Position numbers and translations under genes: made by a program. From contig JAHRHZ010000061.1 of NCBI GenBank assembly GCA_024137785.1, positions 1,948,066 to 2,012,065 on the forward strand: a stretch of 64,000 nucleotides of DNA, read 5' to 3'. This DNA is from Ginglymostoma cirratum (taxonomy: Eukaryota). Of this stretch, positions 13,440-22,600 are shown piece after piece; position 1 is the first letter of the stretch; the number at the start of each line of letters is the position of its first letter. Under the pieces are notes generated by a model. That model had not been told where the DNA came from. It made no database searches and saw nothing but the letters and a program-made list of their open reading frames with translations.

Positions 13440-14500
13440 CAGGAGACAGAGGGTGATGGCGGAGCATTGTTTTTCAGACTGGAGACCTGTGACCAGCAGT
13501 GTACCATAAGGATCGGTGCTGGGTCTACTGCTTTTTGTCTTTTATACAAATGATTTGGATATGAACATAGGAAGTATGGTTAGTAAGTTTGCAGATGACA
13601 ACAAAATTGGTGGTGTAGTGGACAGTGAAGAATGTTACCTCACAGTGCAATGGGACGTTGATCAAATGGCCCAATGGGCCAAGGAGTGGCAGATGGAATT
13701 TAATTTAGATAAATGGAAGGTGCTGCATTTTGGAAAGGCAAAACTGGGGAGGACTTATACTCTTAACGGTAAGGTTCTGGAGAGTGTTAGTGAACAAAGA
13801 GACCTTGGAGAACAAGTTCATAGTTCCTTGAAAATGGTATTGCAGGTAGACAGGGGGTGGTGAAGATCGTGTTTGGTATGTTGGCCTCTATTGGACAGTG
13901 CACTGAGTATAGGAGTTGGGATGTCATGTTGCGGCTGTACAGGACATTGGTTAGGCCACTTTGGGAATATTGCGGGCAATTCTTGTCTCTCTGCTACAGG
14001 AAGGATGTTGTGAAACTTGAATGGTTTCAGAAAAGATTTAAAAGGATGTTGCCAGGGTTGGAGGGTATGAGTAATAGGAAGAGGCTGAATAGGCTGGGGC
14101 TATTTTCCATGGAGCATCAGAGGCTGAGTGGTGACCTTCTCGTGGTTAATAAAATCATGAGGGGTATTGGTAGAATAAATAGGCAAGGTCTTTTCCCTGG
14201 GGTAGGGAATCCAAACCTAGAATGAATAGGTCTAAGGTGAGGGGGGACACTTTTAAAAGGGACCTAAGGGGCAACTTTTTCACACAAAGTAATGAATTTT
14301 TTCAGACAGAGTGCGAGGAAGTGGTGGAGGCTGGTACAATTACAACATTTAAAAGGCATCTGATCAGTATATGAATAGGAAGGGGTTAGAGGGACATGGG
14401 CCTAATGGGGCTAGATTAATTTAGGATATCCGGTCGGCATGGATGAGTTGGACCGAAGGGTCTGTTTCCATGCTGTACATCTCTATAACTCTATGACACT
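13440..14500 (+). mobile_element. 5'-truncated CR1 (RT C-terminal half plus 3' UTR)
   Basis: SKFADDNKIGG, WQMEFN, YRTLVRP; ends in (ctctat)-type repeats. Confidence 0.9.
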
Positions 14501-15219
14501 ATGTGCTCCCTGCCCTTGATGTGGTTCTCTCTCTGATTTCTCTACTATCAGTCCTTACATCCCTTCTGAGCTTATTTTATCCATGGGACCTACTTCCTGT
14601 TCCCTCCTGACTTCCTCTCCTGGCTCTCTTGTTAGAGACACAAATTAAAGGTTCCCTCTTCTCAGTTCTGTCCACTGTTGCATAAGGTAATGTAAAAGTT
14701 AATGTTGGAGACGACATTAGGCTTTACCCAATCACATAGAGTCACATGGTCATTGGGTGGAAAAAGTTCAGTCTAACAGAAAGAAACATCACCTCTGGGT
14801 CATGTTAGCTCTTGTAGTTGTGTCTAACCAGTTAATATAACTTATACCTATTGTGATCATGCAATAAATTGTATCTGTTGTTTGGACAAGTATGTCTTTT
14901 CATTAAGGCTCAATGGTTGTTTCCCCTCCACCACTGGTAATTAGATAGGCCTTTGAACTGTGGTTTGGAAGCAGAATGCTGACAATGTTCATGGTGTTGA
15001 TGTAGCTTCAGGCTATGGTGGACTCCCGTCTGAATTGACCCCCTGTTCAGATGGAATCTCACATTAATTCCAGACCCTGAAATCTCCCTTCGGTACCTGC
15101 TCCCCATTATTTGAGCTGTTTCATGGAAACTCCCTCCTCATCCTTCCAGTTAGCATGCTGATGTTGCCAGTGCAGACTATTTATCCTTCACCTCTTATCT
15201 TCACCTATTTCCAGGACAC

Positions 15220-15700
15220 GCCCTGGTGTTCTAGCTTGTCATTTGGTGGATTCCTAGTGAAGGGCTCTGTTAATGGGAGTCCTCCCCCTCAGCAGTGGGG
15301 GCTTGGGATAGGGGTGTGCTGTATGCAACAGGGTTGTGCAGTTATAAGTTAAGTGTGTTCACAGACTCCAGGCTGCCTCTGATATCTGCAGCCTTGTGGA
15401 GTCTGTGGGTCATGTTCAGGTAGATTGCTATGGTCTTTAGTGTCACTTTTGTTAAATTTTAGGTTATACTTCAGTCCCATTCCCTTGAGCTTTGGGGAGT
15501 CTAGTGCTGGGAGAGGTGGGCAGGTTGGAGGACATCTTCATGGGTCTACTCCAGGTGCTGGCCATAGTGGCCACTAACAGGTCCAGGCAGTGGGCCACAG
15601 AAGGGAGATACTGAACCTGACGGCCTGCCACACTGTGATGGTTGCATCTGCATCAGTGTATCATTGGAGAGGGAGCATGGAATGTGTCTGGTACAATTCA
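15220..15700 (+). mobile_element. Highly degenerate L1/Tx1-like LINE 3' fragment
   Basis: G-rich decayed coding remnant; family assignment from pattern memory only. Confidence 0.35.
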
Positions 15701-16599
15701 AATCTTGAGCTGCATCATCTCATCAATTAAAATGACAGCTTAATCTAAAATTTGTAAGGTTCCTTTGGGAATTTTTACTTACATTACAGTGCCCTCAGAG
15801 GGTTGGCAATTATAACATTTGTTTAACTTGTTTAATTGGTTTTATTGTGAAGATAGTAGAAAAGTGGCAACACTCAAACCTAACCAAAAGCCATGAGTGG
15901 TTGCCACTACAAAATATGTCATCATGTTGGCTTCACATCTGCCTTAATCACCCCTTTCCTCAAACAAAAACTTAGCTGGCTTTACAAACTATTATCCAAC
16001 AGCAATCTCCCCTTCCACTTGTGTGAGATTGCCATCTCCTATATCAGTGCCCGTCTTTCTTGTTTGAATGAATCCAAACAGACTTCCGACCAAGTCAAAA
16101 TTTCTTGTTACCGAAGTCACAAGTGACATCCAATGTGATTCAAAACTGCCCCAGGCAGCAAAAACACGAAGCTTATCAGGCCCCAGTTTCTGTCCTCTTA
16201 CTAAGTTATAAACATACTTTATTAATAAGTGCATGGGCTGAGTGTACAAGGAGGAAGATCCATACCTGTTACACATTATTTACAAATTTCCATTAAAAAG
16301 GAAACCATATTGAGAAGCCCCTTCACACTTTAGCTTCAGCCCATTGCTAGTTACCTTCTCCTTCTAACATGTTCCTAACGTCAGGCTCAAATTGCATCAA
16401 GAGTTCATAATGGCATGTTACTTATCAAAACCCTGTTGTTTTTACAATCCGAGCCTCTGCTTATAAAGCCCAAGATTCTGGGTGCTTTATGAACCTTTCT
16501 CATCCTGCCATATCACATTCATGTATACACCCACATCCTTCTGTTCCTACACCCACTTTAGAATTATAGCCTTTCTAACGTGATGCTTCTCCTCATTCT

Positions 16600-17640
16600 T
16601 CCTGCCTACCTGGTCATTTATCACATGCCTATTGGTGGAACCTTGCTGTGTGCAAATCGTTGACCAGGTTTTGCCACATCCCGACAGAGTGATGTAAGGT
16701 ATGTGATTTATAAATATTTTACATTGTTCATTTTGGATTTTTGGAATTTTGAACTAGTGGCAAATGGTTTCCTGTGTGTCTAAAGGGGATAATGATTGTC
16801 TTGTAAATATTTCTGTAGTTATAGAAATTTCTTCCTAAAATAAACAATCTAGTAGTGTCTTGGCGGCAGTGGGCATTTGCTTATATTGGGAGAGTGTTCA
16901 AGTGAACAAAGTAAATAGTAAAATATGAGGACTTCAGATAGAAAGTTCTGGAATTTTTCTTTGGGTTTAGGGAGACATCCATAGCTTAAAATGTTTAGAT
17001 TTTGGGCTTCACTTGGGCAGTATGTAGAAGTCTTGGCCAAAGCTTGAAATGTAAAACATTTGCTCCTGGGAAAGGAAGGTAGTTTAAGAATTTTAAGGAA
17101 GAGATTTATCTCAGTATAAGGAGTTTAGTTTAGTTTAGATGTTCCAGGCCGGAATGTTTGGTTAAAAATCTGATGGGGTTGTGTGAAGCTCAGCTATATG
17201 TTGAATCAAGGAAGAGGTTACCAGATTCTCATGACCAGGAATTGAAATCATAGCTTAGTCAAACCCTGTGTGAGAAAGGAATTCTCTCTAGTATTTGAGA
17301 ACTATAATTAGATGTTTTTGGTTAAGGGGATTGTGGTTTTACAATGTCTTTCAAAATTTGTAAACTTGTATTATATGTAAATAGTTTGGCCTATTCTATT
17401 TTATCTTAATTTCATTTGCATAATAAACTTCTGTTTTATTATAATCTGCAGCTTTATGTATTTGTGTTTCATTGAAAGACCACTTCATTAGAGTCAAAAA
17501 GTCGAAATGATCTATCAATCCAGATGTGACATGTTTGGTAGTAACATCAGCTAGGATCTTAACAACTGTGATTATACCTCAAAAAATATCATTTGTTGTG
17601 AAGCATCCTGGGATGTTGAGATTGTGAAAGGTGCAATGCC
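16600..17640 (+). mobile_element. Deu-domain SINE remnant (16600-16692 plus 17565-17640) split by a solo LTR
   Basis: tggtcatttatcacat...ttgctgtgtgcaaat matches the Deu-domain consensus; tail ...tgtgaagcatcctgggatg...gtgaaaggtgc resumes after the LTR. Confidence 0.6.
16693..17564 (+). mobile_element. Probable solo LTR
   Basis: TGTAAG...TTAACA termini, AATAAA at about 17422, interrupts a SINE. Confidence 0.6.
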
Positions 17641-19507
17641 ATATTCATTAACAATTACAACTTGAGCCATTAAATTAACAACACATAGCAGTATCACAAA
17701 TAATAATTAGTCAAAAACAAGTGGAGTTAATGATATATACCTTACTACATAATTGGAATAGCGACAACAGTGAAAACTGTAAACAAATCATAAATTGTCT
17801 GAATGGTTGCGCCAGACAAAAGAATGGTTTTCTGCAGGCAGCAAGAAAGGAAAACGTGACATAGTGACTGGCTGAATATTAGGTGAGTTTTGGTTTTATA
17901 ATAGAGGGTTAAAATGTTTAGGTTATGTCAGTGGCATCCATGAGACATATAGGTCCTCAGGCAATCCTCTCGTTGCGTTGTATGTGGAATACATTCGCCA
18001 GTTATGAATATTCATTAGTGTGAATATTTTATAAAGATCTCTAAGATAAATTTAGCGGTACAGAACAAAAACTTGTGGCATTTGTGTAGCTTGTAGTACT
18101 TTGATTATGGAAAATGGAAGGAGTTGAAACTAATCATCAGTTCTATGGCTTAAATCTATGAACACAAATGTTCTTATCTCGCCGCCTGCTCTCTGTGCAA
18201 ATGCAGAAATAATTATGGGTCTCATTCAGCAATACACTTACAGCCTCAGAGGAGTGAATGCAACAAAGAAGGACCCTTGCCACCAAGAAAAGTAGCTTTT
18301 GCAACACCAGCCTCAGGCAGCACTAAAGGGAAAAATTGTTGAGGATTTAGCAATCCAGGAAGGCATTATTGAAGATAGGCACTGGCGTTTGGCAATAAAG
18401 TTATGTTCATGATGCAAAGCTGCATTATTTGGTCCTGGAGATCTTTTCTCACCTACCAGTAATTGCAGTGTTGGCAGCTAATGTAAGGTTTCACCAATGT
18501 AAAGCTTCTGCTGCTGTGGATTTGTATGTGTTTCCTTTATATGTTGCTAGTGCTTAGATTTTTAGTTAGAATTGCATGAGAAACAGGAAAGAGCAAAAGA
18601 ATGCAAGTGGCACGGATGCCACGGTTAAAATTATGCCCATTATTTCCTGGCAATGCAGATGATGCAAATTGTGCACTCAAATTTCATACTTCTCCGTTCT
18701 AGCCATAGCCCACTCCGTTTAACTGAGGTTTAGTTGAACATTATGGTCTGTATTTGTCTGACATTCATACAGTGCATTCTTACTGTTTTCTCTTCAAAAG
18801 TTTGTTTTTAAAATATGGGGCATGATTCATTTTGCGCCAGCTTTAACATGTTTTTTTTTAAGTAATCGGTTGAAATTGCCAGAAAGTTCTTTCTCATTAT
18901 CATCTTAGCTGTATTCTGAACCAGCTGATCATTCAATGCTGTTATTGCTGCAGATGGATAAGTCCCAGGGGATGAAGGCTACCCTTTGCTGGGAGAAGAT
19001 GAATGCTTGACTGGGGTAATAATAAGTTGATATAGTAAAGGATAATTTACTTTAGCTTTAAACTGTATTATAATTTCAAAAGAGACTATATGCCTTTAAT
19101 TAGATTATGCTCTGTGCTGTGTAGAATATCACGGTGTGATGCTCCAAACAGAATAAAAGTACACTAATAAGAAATTAGTAATGAATAACTTACGACGACA
19201 GAACCTTACAAACAACATAGTCATGAAAAAGTTCAGCTTAAGAAACATAAGCAAACATTTTAAGGTCTCTGATATGATCAGAATTAGGAAAATATTCATT
19301 CCAAACAGATGCATGTTAAACTGTGCAACACATTGGATATACTACCTCAATTTTTGCCTTGCATACCTCCTCAAAGCTTATATGACACAATGCACAAAGT
19401 GGTCCCAAATGTAGGCCAGAGCCCAGCTCCAATACAGTAATAAGACAAACAACAATATCAAATTATGAAATGACTGCTTCCTTTTCATAACATTGCCACC
19501 ATTTCAT

Positions 19508-19513
19508 TTTATT
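19508..19513 (-). promoter_or_regulatory. AATAAA polyadenylation signal overlapping the stop codon
   Basis: Minus strand reads ACA TTT TAA TAA AAT, which contains AATAAA; whether it is used is unknown. Confidence 0.3.
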
Positions 19514-19660
19514 AAAATGTATTTTCATATATTCTCAAAGGAAAGTGACGAATAAAGCTATAATTTGAATTTCGATTAAAATCCTGACTTGATATGGGAG
19601 TCTCTTGAGTTCTTGATGTAGTGCCAACATTAACGTAGATCTGATTGTCTTCAGGTTCTG
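19512..19660 (-). CDS. Terminal exon: cytoplasmic tail with tyrosine motifs
   Basis: Acceptor tctttcttgttag; EPEDNQIYVNVGTTSRTQETPISSQDFNRNSNYSFIRHFPLRIYENTF*. Confidence 0.82.
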
Positions 19661-22600
19661 CTAACAAGAAAGAGACATACAAAAAGATGTAATTTGTTTT
19701 GTTTAGTTCGTGTTGTGATATGAATACACTTAAAGCACTGACAGCAACAGACAAACCTGTATCAGTTCTCTAAATGAATGCTGGAAAACCCATGCCAAAA
19801 TGTCACTTTTATTAGTTTAAACTATTACAGGAAGTTTCTTTCTGTTCATGAGACTCTTATTTTATGGCATTGCTAGCATGACTATCATTCAGCTTCAGTC
19901 ATTTGAGAAACTCCTCAGCTCAGGCATCAAGAACAGCTCTTTAAACTCAACTTCAAATTTTAGCTGCCTGCCAATTTATTACTTGAAAAAGTAATTATCT
20001 CTTCCTTTCACTAAGGACTATAAATATAAAACTACTCACAAATGAATACTCTCCGATTTATGATCGATTGACTACTGCCAGGAAACACAAGTCATTACTG
20101 TTGCTTATTTACATGTGGATGCAGAATACAGTCTCTCAGAGCTTTATACTCTTGTGATGTTTGCTGTTTCCTGTTTGATATTGGGAAGGTTCGGTGGACT
20201 TAGTAAAAAGGCAAATTGTGCATGGTTTATGGAAGGGATATCTGAATAGATGAATGAGTCCATTTGTTTCTTCACTTCTTATTACCTTACTGCTTTTCTT
20301 CCTGTCGGGTGCTAACTTCTCGCTTGCTTCTCTATAACAATGTGTCAACCACAGATTAAATGCTCTGTGAGTGAATAAATTTGCACTGAACTCTGAGTTT
20401 AATTGTCTAAATCACATATATACTTTTAATGCACACAGGACAGTTGAGAAAGATAGACAACTTTACACGTGAACAAATTGTATTTATATTGATAATGTAT
20501 AAACTAATTACAGTTCTGGGTTATGTTTCTACATAGTCAGAGACAGTTTAAACAAATAATTAATGACACAAAGTCATTGACCTGAAGTGTTAACTCTGTT
20601 TATCTCTTTCCTGGTCTGATGAACATTTCCATCATTTTCTGCTTTTATTTAATGTAAACGGTTACTGGAATTACAAGAGGTTTATTTCCGTAGAGTACAA
20701 TTCTCCATTTTGGCTCCCAAACTTAAATTATTACCTCATACTTCACCGTACCCACTGTGTATCAGACCCACTAACAACCAACAATACGTTCACTTATACA
20801 GGTATGCTGCTGTTAATATAACAAAATGTATCAAGATGCTTGACAGGAATGTTATGAAATAAAATTGAACACAAACTTACACAACATGATGGGAAGCAGA
20901 GTGCTAGAAATTTGATCAGAAAGGTAATTTTAAGGAATGTCTTGACGGAGGAAAGAAAGCTAGAAAGATATAGAGTTTCAGGAGGAAATTCCAGAGGTCA
21001 GGGCCTGGACCACTGTAAGAATGGCCACCACTGAATTTGAAAAAAAGCAGCTTTGTGAATTTAAGAAAAGTGAAGCCAACATCAATGTTGTAGCATAGGA
21101 CGTGCAGAATAAATCAGTCTCTATGCTGCTTCTGTCTTAAACAATCTCACAGAGTACCCCACAATGCCCTCTTGTGACCTTCCCCAATTCCTATAATATC
21201 CTTCTTTGTCGACTCTGTGAATGCCTAAGGCCAACATTGTATTCAGCGGCCATATCCAGTTGTAACTGCTTTGATATGGTGGGTTTCAAATATGAAAAGA
21301 CAGCGTTCTAGATAAGTACAGCCAGCTATCAGTTATACAAGTCAAACAGTTGTACAGAGTGGGTGTAAAATTCATTCATCTCCTGCATACATCCACATAC
21401 TGGAACACAGATTAAGTCTGAAAAATTGTGCAAACAGTAATACTGCATTTATTTCCACAACCTAACTTTCTTGGTTTATAATCAAGGATTCAAATTTCCT
21501 GGATCTTACCTTTTTTTGAGCGCTTTAATAGAAAATAGACAACTGCAGCTATGAGAATTGGACCCAGAGAAGACAACACCCACCATAAATACTCTCTAAC
21601 TGTGAAAAAAATAAGAAAGCCTATGAAGTCTTTGTCATCAGCAGATCATCTGATAACCCACATAATTAAATACTCCCAAGATCAAATAAATGTTACCGTT
21701 CATGATATTTTTGGACTAAGTACACAGAAATATCTGTGAATGTGCAAAGTATAAAGTGAGCACAGGGTCACCAAGTATCAAGCAAGATTTCAGAAATACT
21801 CCAACGTAAGCCGTTAATACATTGTTAATTAACTTCTGAATAACAAAATACTGGGTGAATATTTGGTTTGGAACAAGGCTAGGTATCACTGTTATTTAAT
21901 AGTTGCTTATTGCTGTCCTACAACACTGGAAGTTAGTTCAAGGCGAGATAAAGCAGGGCCGAGAGTAAATAGCAGTTTACGGGGAGATAATTGTGAAGAG
22001 TATGATTCGGTGTAGCAGATAAGGCCTACACCTTCTTTGTGGGACCAGGGAATCCTTTTCACTTGTCACACCAGTTATTAGTTCTTGGGTCAGGTCCTGC
22101 GTGTCCCTCTGACCACTGCCACAAGGTACTACTGCCCACTCCAACTCCCCACAACCACAGAATACCTCACCCCTGCTCCCTGCAGCCTCAGATCCCCGCC
22201 ATTCCCTGCACTGACTTCCATTTTAACATTAACATTAGGTGCTGTTAATTAATGCAACTGAACCTTAACTACCAACGAGGTATGAGGTGTTAACCTATGC
22301 TATGGAATAAGAAATTATTCATCTCCATTTTAACTAGAGTTAGTTACGATTCCCAATTGGTTTCTTAATACTTTCTTTGATTGCGTATACATATAATTCC
22401 TGCAAATAAACCAGCTGGTAGGTTTAGCCAGAGCAATCAGACAGTACGAAGCAGTTTCATTTCAATAAATTACAATTTCTGTGCTTTTCATTTTCAAAGT
22501 CAGTCAATCAACAAGAGTTCTGAGAAATCAGGTCTACTTATCGAATCTGCAATTTTCTTTCAATTCAAATAAGAGTGGAAATAGAATGAATCCTAAAACT

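Noticed and set aside
20734-20770. Candidate cytoplasmic exon VGLIHSGYGEV*
   Set aside because: Weak G-rich acceptor and it would bypass the better-supported terminal exon
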